Assembly: GCF_006345805.1 (NCBI RefSeq)
Contig: NW_021832856.1
Coordinates: 31,558 to 95,557, forward strand
Length of the DNA stretch: 64,000 nucleotides
Direction: 5' to 3'
Origin: Octopus sinensis
Taxonomy: Eukaryota
Shown: positions 1-11,510 of the stretch, piece after piece
Layout of the letters: each line of letters begins with the position of its first letter
How positions within the stretch are numbered: the first letter of the stretch is position 1
Notes under the pieces: model-generated
The model's input: only the letters and a program-made list of their open reading frames with translations
What the model was told of the DNA's origin: nothing
The model's database searches: none
Program-made: the position numbers and the translations under genes

Positions 1-90
1 TATATATATATATATGTATATATTTGTGTGTGTGTGTGTGTGTGCGTGTGTGTGTGCATATACACACATATTAATACTTATATGTATATA

Positions 91-139
<49 letters not shown>

Positions 140-719
140 ATGTATATAAATACACACACACACACATTCACACATAACACACATATATGTATGTACGGTA
201 CGTTTGTGATTTATGTTTGTAAACATTAGAGAGTGCAAAGTGTATATTAATGACTGTGCGTGTGAGTTTATACGTGTGATTTTGTGTGTTTGTGTGTTTG
301 TGTGTGTCAAAGTATACGTGCATGGGCAAAACTAGGTATGCAGTATGAGTGGAATGTTCTTTATATTTCTCTATTTCTTTATTAAAATTGATTCATAAGT
401 TGACTAAAAGATCGGCGGGAGATGCTGATTTCATAGGAAGACCCCTATCTTGATCTCTATGGAATTTGAGTGAATGCTTCAGCCACAGGCATTTCATTTT
501 CTTCACTGGTGTCACTGACCGGTCGACAACCCTCTGCATAGCAGATGGACCTCGTCTGCTCAAAGTTGTCTCATATTCTGTAAACACATAATCTTCAAGG
601 AACTATTCTCCGAAAATTAATGACTTGTAGGCACGCGGTATTTCATTATGCAACCATAAAATATACGATAAAGTACATTAAACATTTTCATATGTCCATA
701 TTGTGTTCTACAGTGCGTT

Positions 720-1290
720 TTGCATCAATTGTTAAAGTTATTTCTACAGATTTTCTATTGAAGTTCTAAGCCAGCATTGGTTTTTGTTACAACGTTTCGT
801 ATTCGTGACGTCAGACGTAAACAAACAATGAGATCGAAGATGAAAAAAACGCTAATGGGCGTATATGCCATATTTCGTGGGATTTACCCCTTCATCAGCA
901 CTCATCAACCCTTGAACCATCTCCGAGCACATTGCTTAAGTAACCACTATATACAAGACATTAATATTTACATAGCAGCTTCAAGCAATGCGTTTAATAG
1001 GTAAAATTGGTATATCCAATAAAGTTACACCACTGTATTTATTGGCCATTTAAGTAATGCGTTCGTGGATGATTAAGGGGTTAAATGAGTGTCGATAAAG
1101 GGGCAAAACCCCCAGAAATATGGATTATACGCGCATTACCCTTTTCATCTTCGATCTTCTATGGTCTTCACCTTCAACGATCTCATTGTTGTTTACATCT
1201 GACTTCTATACGAAACGTCGTAACAAAAATCAGTTCTGGTTATAATTTCTATAGAATAACAGCAAAAAGTTATTTAAACATTAAATTACG
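720..1290. mobile_element. Foldback/MITE-like element with ~230-bp imperfect inverted arms
   Basis: Reverse complement of 761-946 (cgatctcattgtttgtttacgtctgac...cgaaacgttgtaacaaaaaccaatgctgg; cttaagcaatgtgctcggagatgg...gaaatatggcatatacgcccattag) aligns with 1043-1256. A related copy lies at 41930-42475. Confidence 0.7.
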
Positions 1291-1759
1291 AATTGAAACC
1301 AGCTCTCGAAATAATGTAAGCCTTATCGGTCGCACACCTACCGGCTGTGTATGTTCTGCTCATACGCCAAAATCAGCTGCAGGATAACGTACGGGGAATT
1401 TAATTTTGTAACACTTCAATCTATTTTGATATAAGTCAGAGACCGACGATTTTTTTCGAGATGATTCGAGTATCTACCATTCTCGGTGATTCCGAGCCGA
1501 CTTGTCTCGCCTGGTATGTGACATTGAAGTGTTCTTTAACACTCGGCATCGTGTGGGGAGCTTCCCCTGCACACCATCCCACAGCAAACTTGGTACATAC
1601 ACAAAGCACATACACTATATATATATATATATGCGAGTGATGATAAACACACACACACACACACACGAACGCATATACACGAACGCACATACACACACGA
1701 ACGAACATACACACACACACACGCGCACATAATCTATATCTATCTATCATCTACTACTT

Positions 1760-1962
1760 CTTTCAAATTTTAGGCACAAAGTCAGCAACGTTAGGGAAGC
1801 GAGCATGCTAGTTATTGCAACCCGAGGACTTGACTGGTTCTCTATTTTATCATCCACGAAAGGATAAAAGGCAATGCCGACCCCATAACCGAATTTGAAT
1901 TCAGAGCCTGAGCGAATGCAGAAAGGTCGACCTATCTACAATCTAATGATTCTACCAGACTC
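1760..1962 (-). mobile_element. SINE family B, degenerate copy
   Basis: Reverse complement of the family-B body (gaaaggataaaaggcaatgccgacc...gaatttgaattcaga), matching 53835-54310. Confidence 0.55.
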
Positions 1963-2049
1963 AAGGTCACACTTGGCAGAAGAAAGATCTTTATTTTAAA
2001 CATTTGTATTTCATCAACTCTGGAAGCACGAAATGAAAGTCGACTTAAT

Positions 2050-2520
2050 AAAGTTTTTCTAATTTAGGCAAAGCGCCAGTTATTTTGAGGGGAGGGGAAT
2101 AGTCGAATACATCGAAACCCCTCCCCACGTTTATAGCATTCGGTTGGAGCATACTTATTGCGGCTTTTTTTATTCAGCAAAAACAATAGCAACATGTAAC
2201 AAAAACATCTTTAAATGATTATTCCGGAGCATATTCACCATCTCCTTCAATTACTGCTTCCCGTTTGCTTGGCAGACGGTCAGACCGCCATTTAAAGATG
2301 TTTTTGTTAAATATTGATATTGTTTTTGTTGAATAAATTTTGTTGAAAAAATAATTATGCACCAGCCCAATAGTAGGCTAATGCTTTATCTTGTCGATTC
2401 CAGAGGGTTGAAAGATAAAGTTGACGGCGGTGGCATTTGAACTCAGAATGTGATTAGTCGGAGGAAATACCACTAAGAATTCTATCCAAAGCGCTATCGA
2501 GTTACCACCAGTTACCACCG
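2050..2520 (-). mobile_element. SINE family B copy interrupted by an inverted-repeat MITE
   Basis: Family-B 3' part at 2055-2120 and 5' part at 2385-2515 (aaagttgacggcggtggcatttgaactcagaatg) flank an inverted-repeat insert. Confidence 0.55.
2135..2380. mobile_element. Small MITE-like inverted repeat
   Basis: ttattcagcaaaaacaatagcaacatgtaacaaaaacatctttaaatg (2170-2217) pairs with catttaaagatgtttttgttaaatattgatattgtttttgttgaataa (2289-2336). Confidence 0.65.
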
Positions 2521-2599
2521 TCGGCGTAGACTCGGCTTCAAGTTGTTGCTGCTACTGTTGTTGTCATTATCGCCGTCATCGTCGAAATGGCTCTTATAA

Positions 2600-2795
2600 T
2601 TGTTGTTTAGCCCTGAGACTACCTTTGCTGCGTAGAAATATAATCAAAGATCCTAGCAGTCTATACCTATCAGGTCTTATGGTTTATGTTTATATTTTGT
2701 ATAATTACTGTGACTTAACTAAGATATCAACTACTTAAGAGAGTAGCGTATCATTTGACAGTAATCTAGCTATTATTTCCAGCAAGTTGAGCTAC
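2600..2795 (+). mobile_element. Dispersed SINE-like repeat family D, degenerate
   Basis: Start gttgtttagccc, middle atcaaag..., end (g)ctattatttccagcaag. The same pattern recurs at 10910-11510 and 52130-52320. Confidence 0.45.
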
Positions 2796-3119
2796 TTCTT
2801 AAACACACTTCTATTTATTCTTTGCCTTCAGACATTCCTTGGAGATAGTCGTTCTCTTGACGTAAAACAGGTTCACCATATTTGTCTTAAGTTTTGAGAT
2901 GCAATCATCGTTTTCCGATAAAGCCTAGCTTCTAGTTTCAGACACAACTCTCAAATACCTGCAACGTTTTATTGTTAGCAATTAAACAATATTCATAAAG
3001 TTCATATAACTCTAGACGTAAATTTAACTGGTTGTTTAAGTTATATAATAATTTATGATTTAACGATCGTCATGGCAATGCATGGTTTCTGTATAGTACG
3101 CATATATATATGTGTGGTG

Positions 3120-3214
<95 letters not shown>

Positions 3215-3276
3215 GTATTATATATATATATGTATATATACATATATATATACATATATATATATAGATATTATAC

Positions 3277-3308
<32 letters not shown>

Positions 3309-4845
3309 CATATATATATATTAGTCGTAAAACAGGAGGAAAACTATATAATTGAGTGCTCTCTATCGATAAGTCGAGTGAATGTTGTTAATAAATAAGT
3401 TTTATTTAATATATGGACGTTAAAACGAAATGGGTTGTTTTTAAATGGCCGTATGCATATACACACACAAATGCAAACATACACCCTCATGTACATTTGC
3501 ACGCATATACATTCATCCACCTACATTCAGAGAAATATACTAACGCAGACAAACCTACATACACAAGTTTTCTCGTTCAATCATACACGTATACCTCATA
3601 AATTCAATTTATTTCCATTTTGATACTGAGACTTTCATGAATTGTGTGTGTGCGTGTATCTAGAAAGGAACACACATGATATATACATGTACAGACAAAC
3701 ACACACACATATACGCACACATTTATATAAGAATACATATATATGCGTATGTTTAATAGACATGTTTTAAGCATAGCCTAACCATGTAATGTTTATAGAT
3801 TTTATCGTCAAACCACAAACCGGTGTCTGTCTCTAGCAAAAAGCTCCTTGCCTTGTCAATATCTGCTTATTAGGACTGTCTTCATCCATATTTAAGAGAG
3901 GTACAATAGCTTAGAACATAGGTTTTCAGTTCAGGGTTGGAGTACTATGAGCGGGTACGTATGAGAAAGTGCGGGATGTTTGTAAAAACCGAGAATTTTA
4001 AAGTAATTCCCGTTAACTGAACGTAACTCATGCTTATCTAAAATGCATGGAGTATCTTTCTAAACAAGTGTTTTAAATAATATCTTTTATCTTTTGGTTG
4101 CTTCAGTCAGTGGACTGCGACCGAGTTGGGACATCATCTTGAGGGGTTTAATGGATCAAATTGACCCTACTACATAGTTGCACAATGTTATGGGGACGTA
4201 AACAAACCAACAGTGGTTGTCAAATGGTGAAGACAAAACAGATATGCACTCACCGTCACACATACATTCACATATATACTCTTTACAAAAACGTATATAT
4301 GTATGTATGTCTAAGCAATCGAATGATAATTTGTTTATACTTTTGCCGGACCAAAGATATTTGGCTATCAAATTATTATCAATCGTAAAATTAAAAAAAA
4401 AAAATTGGTAATTCTCCGTAGAATTCATAAAACTCCTAATGTTCATCTCATCTTAGTAATATGTGAATAATTTACGTAAGTAGTGAGAGAGAAAAAGAAT
4501 GAACAGAAAAGCAACCTGATTCATCATCATCATTATTATTATTATTAATATTGTTATTATTATTGTTGTTGTTGTTATCATCTTTGTCATCGCCATTATC
4601 ATCGTATCATCATTGATGTAGTAATCACATAATCCTAGAAATGATATCTAAGATTTCATACAATTTTCGTCTCTACAGCTTATCCGATGTGCTACACGGA
4701 AATTAAATGTAAAGTATTTATACAACACACTTACTCCCCCCCACACACACACGCACGCACATACATATACATGTGTATATATGTATATATATATATATAT
4801 AAAAGAATATATATAAAGCTACATATATATATATATATGTTTATA

Positions 4846-4886
<41 letters not shown>

Positions 4887-5633
4887 GTATATATGTATAC
4901 GTATATATATATATATATGCATATACTTTTTACTAAAGGAAGTACCAACCGCATAAATAATACGGCTTATGTCATTTATGCTGTACATTGAACAAACTGA
5001 CTACGATTGAGGTACGCAATAAGACAAGGGGCTGAAACATCTGTCATAAAATGTCTGTTGTTTCACTAATGTCGTTGAGTGTTGGTCGTTAGAACATTGT
5101 GAACAGAGGCGTGTCAATCGATAAACGGTCCCTGATGATTTCATAAGCGGATATCCTGTGGTATATACAAGCGCCAGACAATGAGCAGTTGTGGGTAGTT
5201 TTGTGCCTGTTATTATATATCTGTCATTCTTTAGACCTATCTATCTCAGTGCGCACGCACACACGCACACACACACACACAAACATACGCACAGACGTAT
5301 ACACGTAAAGATTGATGGAGCCATCCGTTAGTCACACGAGGAAAGTTTTGCTTCGGCCTTAGCTTGCAAAGCAGCGGGTGCTGTGAGCAAAGACAGCCAC
5401 ATGTGTGAAAGTCGACGTGAAGTGTTGGTATTTTCCATGATTTTGCTATTATATTCCATGATTCTCTTCTAAACATTTCGGTGAACCCCAATGCGATTGC
5501 CAGTCATGACGCGTCCCTTTGTGCATATAATTTATTGGTCGATATATATCTGTGTATTTAGATAGATAGGCATGTCTGTGTATATATATGTGCAGATACA
5601 TATATATAAACACACACATATACATATATATAT

Positions 5634-5670
<37 letters not shown>

Positions 5671-5760
5671 GTGTATAAGGGTGAAAAGGTACACACGAGT
5701 TGATATATATGAAAAAACTAGTCAAAATAGAAAATGCTAAAATAATTTTATAAAGAACAT

Positions 5761-5803
5761 TTCAGTACCGGTTTCGGTCATTTTGAGACCTTTTCAACTG
5801 TAA
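5761..5803 (-). ncRNA. Minimal type-I hammerhead ribozyme, U3:A8 core variant
   Basis: Minus strand reads cag-TTGAAAA-ggtc(tcaaaat)gacc-GAAA-CCG-GTA-ctg: stem I cag/ctg, stem II ggtc/gacc, palindromic stem III ACCGGT, GUA cleavage triplet. Confidence 0.65.
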
Positions 5804-6361
5804 CGATTAAATAATTAAATTTAGAAAAATTAGAAGAAAAGTTTTTTTAAAGGAATATTTGTATAGTAGTGTTCAAATATAAGTGGCATTCTGCCTTTCT
5901 CTGACTCTCTTGTTTGCACTTGTGTGTTCGAGGTCGTTGTGAATTCTTGGTAGGGTAGAAGAAGAAGAAGGCTGAAGAGGAGAGGGGGTGGAAAAATTTG
6001 GGAGTGCCTTGATTGTTGTATTTTGAATGGTTGAAGCTATTTTTTGTGCGCGTGTGTGTGCGAGCGTGAATGAAGGTAAGTATATATTTTTTGGCGAATG
6101 TGTGGGTGAGCATGTGTGCTTCAAGTGAGGGTGGATGAGTATATACATATAGGCGCATGGATGTGGGTGAGCGGGCGCGCCTGTGTGTGTATGTATGGAC
6201 ATGCGCGCTTACGCGATTACTATGAACATTTTTACTCCCTTACCTTTACTCCCTCCTCTCACTTAGCGGTCATTCTAATAGCTCTTTTCTCTTAATAACG
6301 GTCAATCACACAGTAATTTCCTTTTATTTAAGCGGTCATGTTCATAGCATTTTTTTCGATG

Positions 6362-6431
6362 GCCAGATAACTGAAGAGATGCTGGTGTGGGTTTCCGCCA
6401 CGACATCCGAAACTCGGAGTTTTATCATGGC
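6362..6431 (+). ncRNA. Type-I hammerhead ribozyme
   Basis: gccagataa-CTGAAGA(6371-6377)-gatg...catcc-GAAA(6409-6412)-CTCGGA-GTT-ttatcatggc: stem I gataa/ttatc extended by gcca/tggc, stem III ACTC-g-GAGT, GUU site at 6419-6421. Confidence 0.75.
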
Positions 6432-6579
6432 TACCGATTAATTGTCACATTATATTTACATGTAAATTCCTCTATTTACATAATATCGAGGACTTTTTCA
6501 TTCTTTTGTTGTCTTGCACTATCGATCTATCAATCCTATCTGTCTATCTATTTATCTATCAATCTATCTATTTATCTAT

Positions 6580-7381
6580 CTGATGCACCACCATTTTGCG
6601 CTACACTGTTATTACTAGGAGCCTCCTCTAATATGTGGCACTTGATGAAGAATAGAGTTTGATATAGCTACTCTCATTTGCACCTCTTGCCGTGAGGTAG
6701 GCTCATCTGGGACTCTCGACAGGAAGAGGTCCAGCTCTGATTAAAAAAACCCTACATCTACTTTGCGCAGGTTCCTCAGACTCTTTGGGGGGATATTAAA
6801 AATATGTGCTCCCTTGAAACCCAGGCTGTTGCAGTAACTGGTCCTGAAGCATGATGGCATTGCTGGGATCTTTGGTACTATGCAGTGTTATCCCGTTCTC
6901 GCATTGGTGTAGCTTTTAATGCCAAAATTTTGCACAATTCCTTCCAGGATCTTCCAGATATATATTACTGCATACCTCTCCCGTCTTCTCTCCAGGGAGT
7001 AGAGTCTTAGCTGTTTCAACCTTTTCCAGTAGCTGAGCTGTTGCAAAGAGACGATCTTCTTTGTGAATCTTCTCTGGATTGCTTCAAGGTCCGCTGTTAA
7101 TCTCACACTGGTGGGTGACCATAGCTGTGAGCAGTAATCCAGGCGGCTGAGGACGAATGTCCGCCAGAGGACCATCATGGTTTCCTTATCTCTGGTTCTG
7201 AATGTTCTTAGGATCCATCCAGTCAGTCGTCTGCACTTTGTCGCCACCCTGGTAATGTGCACTTGGAAAGAGGTATCATCACTCATGTCGATACCCAGGT
7301 CCCTCACAGACTTAGGCTCTGGGATTGAAATTCCCTGTGGACCGGTGTACCCTGTAAGTTTAATATTCAGTTTTGGATGCT

Positions 7382-7382
<1 letters not shown>
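6580..7382 (-). mobile_element. CR1-clade LINE, 5'-truncated ORF2 C-terminus (pseudogenised)
   Basis: ORF 6888-7454 contains [44 protein letters not shown]. It continues past a stop to ELDLFLSRVPDEPTSRQ..SNSILHQVPHIRGGS*, then ggtggtgcatcag. Confidence 0.85.
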
Positions 7383-7437
<55 letters not shown>

Positions 7438-7579
7438 TACATATATACATACATATATATATATTACATATACAAATACATATACACATATACATATATA
7501 TATACAAATACATATACACATATACATATATATATACAAATACATATACATATACATATATATATACATATACATATAC

Positions 7580-7616
<37 letters not shown>

Positions 7617-7639
7617 AATATATATATATATATATATAT

Positions 7640-8916
7640 ATTCCTTTATTCTTTTATTCGTTTCAACCACGCAATTGCGATCATGCTGGAGCACCACTGG
7701 GATTTTGTACTTTTACTTATAATTGTCCTTCGGTTGATTTCCTCAGGGTCGTAGAGTCTCACATCACCACTCCTGTGTGTACCGTTATCCCGGCTGTTGG
7801 CCTATTTGGTGTATGAGGGAGTTTGACTACTCTGCCATCGTCTGCGCCTAATGCCGGGCCGTCGGTTCATCCGGTATTGTAGAGAGGAGAATGTCTAGTT
7901 CCCTTCTGAAGACATTTACGCCGACATTATGAAGGTTTCTTAATTTTTGTGGCAGGACATTGAAGAACTGTAGACCTTTGAACTAATGCATTGCCTGTTC
8001 CTTAAGGATACCTTTGGTACAATACAATGGCGTTAAGTTCGGGCATTTATATATCGCTCAATGACGAAATTAGGTAGTAGCACATTATTACTTATCTGTC
8101 TCATCTTCGCTACAAGTAGTAAAGTCGTAGTTTTTTCAGTATCTACCTGGAGCTAATCGGTTGCATTTCTTCAATCTTGTAGGACTGCTTCTTCTCCGCG
8201 TTTAGTTTGGCACTAGGTGGTGAGCATAGCTGAGAGTAGTAGTCCAGGCAGCTGAGAACAAAGGCCATCCAGAGGGGCAACATAAGTTGTTTTCTTTTTC
8301 TGAAGGACCTTCCATCCTGAAGGACCAGCTATGTATGTATGTATGTATAAAATGGGAATGAAGAGATTTTTATCAGAAGATTCAATTACTTAATTTAATG
8401 GTTCATACATCTGAAGGTATCCATCCTAACAGTTGTCTGCCCATTACTGCCATCTTGGTAATGTGCATATGAAATGATGGATCATTGTGCATGCTGATCT
8501 CCAAGTGTTTCGCTGCTGTGAGTCTGGGATTGCAGCACCTTCAGGTCCTGTATACGCAGGATTGTGCATTGCTTGAAATTTTCCCGCATTAAACTGCATG
8601 TTGTTTAAGTCAACCCGCTTGTATACTGCATTCAGTTCCTGCTGTATAAATTGCAACGACACTTGCATTTTTTATTGCTCGTCATAATCTTGTATCATCG
8701 GTGTAGTTAGTGAGAGTGGTTGTATGAATGGACGTGGGCATGTTTAAGAGGGGTATTATAAACAATAATGAATCAGGGACAGTTTCCTGGGGGATGCCAT
8801 TCAGAAATTGAGTTACCTCACAAAGGGCACCATTATCTGCAAATGCCCGACTTCTGTCTTTAAAGAAGCCATGCAGCTACTCTCTCAGTTTACCAGCAAT
8901 GCCAAGGTCTCGCATC
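7640..8916 (-). mobile_element. CR1-clade LINE, degenerate RT domain to 3' tail
   Basis: Frameshifted translation MRDLGIAGKL..NGIPQETV..NYTDDTRL..QQELNAVY..NNMQFNAGKFQ..LDYYSQL..FRRELDILLSTIPDEPT. The 3' tail reads ggtgctccagcatgatcgcaattgcgtggttgaaacgaataaaag. Confidence 0.8.
8330..8410. repeat. ~78-bp direct repeat, copy 1 (copy 2 at 8918-8992)
   Basis: tatgtatgtataaaatgggaatgaagagatttttatcagaaga(t/c)tca(a/g)ttacttaatttaatggttcatacat occurs twice. Confidence 0.85.
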
Positions 8917-9039
8917 TATGTATGTATGTATAAAATGGGAATGAAGAGATTTTTATCAGAAGACTCAGTTACTTAATTTAATGGTTCATACATAAGAAAA
9001 AATGCCGGGCGTTAAATTTTGAATACATTATTAGTGTTA

Positions 9040-9172
9040 TCATCATCATCATCATTGACACCACCACCGTCGCTGCTGCCATAGCCGCCGCCGCCGCCAC
9101 CACCACCACCACCATCATCAAATTTCTCCTCCTCGTTATTATTATTATTATTATTATTATCATTATTATTAT
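9040..9172. repeat. Compound trinucleotide microsatellite (CAT/CAC/CGC/ATT)
   Basis: Directly visible tandem triplets. Confidence 0.9.
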
Positions 9173-9842
9173 TCGGAACAAACAACCATAATCTTCTTTT
9201 GGACATAAAACAAATTAAGAATATAATGGATTACACTTAATGGTATCGATTAGTTGTTAGTTTTTAAAGCAACTTAGAATGAAAAAAACAAACATAACCC
9301 CCAAAAAATGCAAAGCAAAACAAATCAATGTGAAACTAAAGAGAAATAATAATAAAAGAAAAGAATGCGTGTGTTTGTATATATACATATATATATAATT
9401 ATATACATATATATACATATTTATACAATAGAAGCAATTGAAGTATATATATATATTATATTCATTGGAATGGTTTAAACGGATAAAAAGAATTATAGAT
9501 CTGTGAGTCTGATTACAATTTAACGGTGGTGTCTGTTTAGATAATTAAAATAGATTTATCCAGTAACTAACATTATTAAATTATTTCTATAAAAGGATTG
9601 TTGTGTTCATATAGATAAAAATAACAAAACTAATAAATATATGTATAAGCTATTATCTTTTGCTGCGCATGTCAAATGAATTTTCCGCTTTTTTTTTCCT
9701 TTCAATTCACTTCACAGACATAACTATAAATTTTTCATTCATTCTTTCCTTTGTTTTCCTTCCATTCTTCTTCTTTTCCTCATGTATCTTTTTTATTTGT
9801 TTATCTGTTTATGTTTGCTGTAATTCACATTCGCCATGTTTG

Positions 9843-10673
9843 TTATCGTATTGAGCAATCGTTCACCGTCGTTGTCCTTTTCCTAAAAGCTGACAGGGCC
9901 TTGTCTTTAACATATTTTGATATCACTTTATTTTGTATTTTCTCATAATCAAGCGTCATTTTCGACATTTTCACCATCAGCTTGTAATTTTCGAAAATCC
10001 TTTTCGAAATTTTATCCATCTCTCGACATAGCTGAAAATATCTGTCGACATCTGCATTCCTAATAGCAAGTCCTCTGAAAAACCCATCAAGATGATTCGG
10101 AATAGAAGAACGATACAAAGACTTGTGCAATTTGCGGTACAGGTTTCGGAATTCGATTTTCGTTTGGTTAAACATAACATCCATTTCAGTATAGAGATTA
10201 GTTATTCGTTTTTTCAATTCGTAATAATCATATGACATGTCGGATAATCTACTCATATTAATATCATGATTAAAATCTGTGATAATCGTCAGGTCACAAA
10301 GATTATCTACCTCCTGTGTTTTCCCTCCATTTTCTACGAACAAAGTAGGGTTCGCGATCTTAACATTATTACGTTCACAATCAACCTGAAAGCTTTTCAC
10401 TTCTGATTCACGCGCTAAAATTTCGTTCGATACTGTAGAAATGGAATGTTCCAAATTTTGGTTTGATAGAGGAGAGAAATATTTTTGTTTATCGCTTGAA
10501 GTATCGTTCTCTTCAATTATATCCACTAATGGTTTTTCCCAATCATTTCTGTCCACTTCTGAAGAACCTAACCTGATAAAGCCGCAAAATCTTCTTGATT
10601 TCGTGTACTCTTTCTTCAATTTTGATAAAAGACTTTTATGTTTCTTTAAATTACCATGTTTTATAATGTTCAT
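9843..10673 (-). CDS. Intronless 276-aa protein of unknown function (basic N-terminus, acidic middle, helical/coiled-coil-like C-terminal half)
   Basis: 831-bp stop-free, non-repetitive ORF in very AT-rich DNA. ATG has A at -3 and an in-frame TGA two codons upstream; AATAAA (tttatt 9792-9797) lies ~45 nt after the stop. No transposon motifs recognised. Confidence 0.6.
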   Translation of the reverse strand: MNIIKHGNLKKHKSLLSKLKKEYTKSRRFCGFIRLGSSEVDRNDWEKPLVDIIEENDTSSDKQKYFSPLSNQNLEHSISTVSNEILARESEVKSFQVDCERNNVKIANPTLFVENGGKTQEVDNLCDLTIITDFNHDINMSRLSDMSYDYYELKKRITNLYTEMDVMFNQTKIEFRNLYRKLHKSLYRSSIPNHLDGFFRGLAIRNADVDRYFQLCREMDKISKRIFENYKLMVKMSKMTLDYEKIQNKVISKYVKDKALSAFRKRTTTVNDCSIR

Positions 10674-10764
10674 CTTTCAACACAATTCTTCAGATTCTTC
10701 TGTTTACCTTTTGGATCATTCTCACCGTATTCCCACCAATTCTATTAACAAACTTTTTGGTTTT

Positions 10765-10772
10765 TGACGTCA
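10765..10772. promoter_or_regulatory. Full CRE/ATF palindrome TGACGTCA upstream of the 276-aa ORF
   Basis: tttttTGACGTCAcaaaa, about 92 bp upstream of the ATG at 10673. Confidence 0.35.
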
Positions 10773-10909
10773 CAAAAGTCAGATGACAAATTTAATCAGA
10801 GATTTCAACGTAGACATTGATTGAGAAGAAAACTAAAGCTGAGCTTTTTCAAAACATTTATCTTTTATTTTCCCATTGAAGAAAACAGTCAAGGTCGATG
10901 AACTCTTGT

Positions 10910-11510
10910 TGTTGTTGATGTTGTTTCTTCTTAGATCAAACTAACTATAAGCAGACATTTAATCATAGACTCTTCTGTCATAACAATTAGGTTTTCTTTG
11001 TTTTGTCAGTTTATCTAGTCTCACATTATCCATTGTGTTCATCTATTTCTATGATAATGCTACAAGTTTCGCTAGGGGTTATAGCATACAAAATTCGGCT
11101 TTTTTGCTAGCTGGTTCCTCCTGCAGTGGTTTAGTTTCAAATCAGCTCTGAACCAGAAGAGCTATGCTTAAAAGCGTTCCATCCATAATAACATCCTCTG
11201 TTTTTTTCTTTATAAGTCATAGAATGTATAGCACTATGTTATACAACTTTCTTCCATTTTAAAAATATTGGAGATCGAATAATACCATGGTGGTTCAAAC
11301 GTTATTAGAACGACAGTTGTTGCTGTTTAGCCCTAGGTCAAGCCTGAGAAAGCAGAGCTATAATGAAAAGGCTTTCCAACTGGGACCACACTGTTGTTTT
11401 TGTTTCTCAGATACAGTGCCTAGAGGATCTTATCCAACGTCATTCATTTTAGAAATGTTGATTTTGAGGAGATGGCTGCTATTCCGAGCAAGATGTGTAA
11501 CCAGGTAAAG
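10910..11510 (+). mobile_element. Three tandem degenerate copies of SINE-like family D
   Basis: Repeated blocks gtt(gc)tgtttagccctaggtcaa..gcagagctat..aaag.cttcca..acattatcc..ggctgctatt starting near 10910, 11125 and 11317. Confidence 0.45.

Noticed and set aside
6615-6745. Possible HDV-like ribozyme on the plus strand (cctcctc / cac..gtg pattern)
   Set aside because: The minus strand is the C-terminal coding end of the CR1-like ORF (LDLFLSRVPDEPTSRQ), which explains the sequence.
10441-10767. 108-aa plus-strand ORF
   Set aside because: Antisense shadow of the 276-aa ORF, with no independent support.
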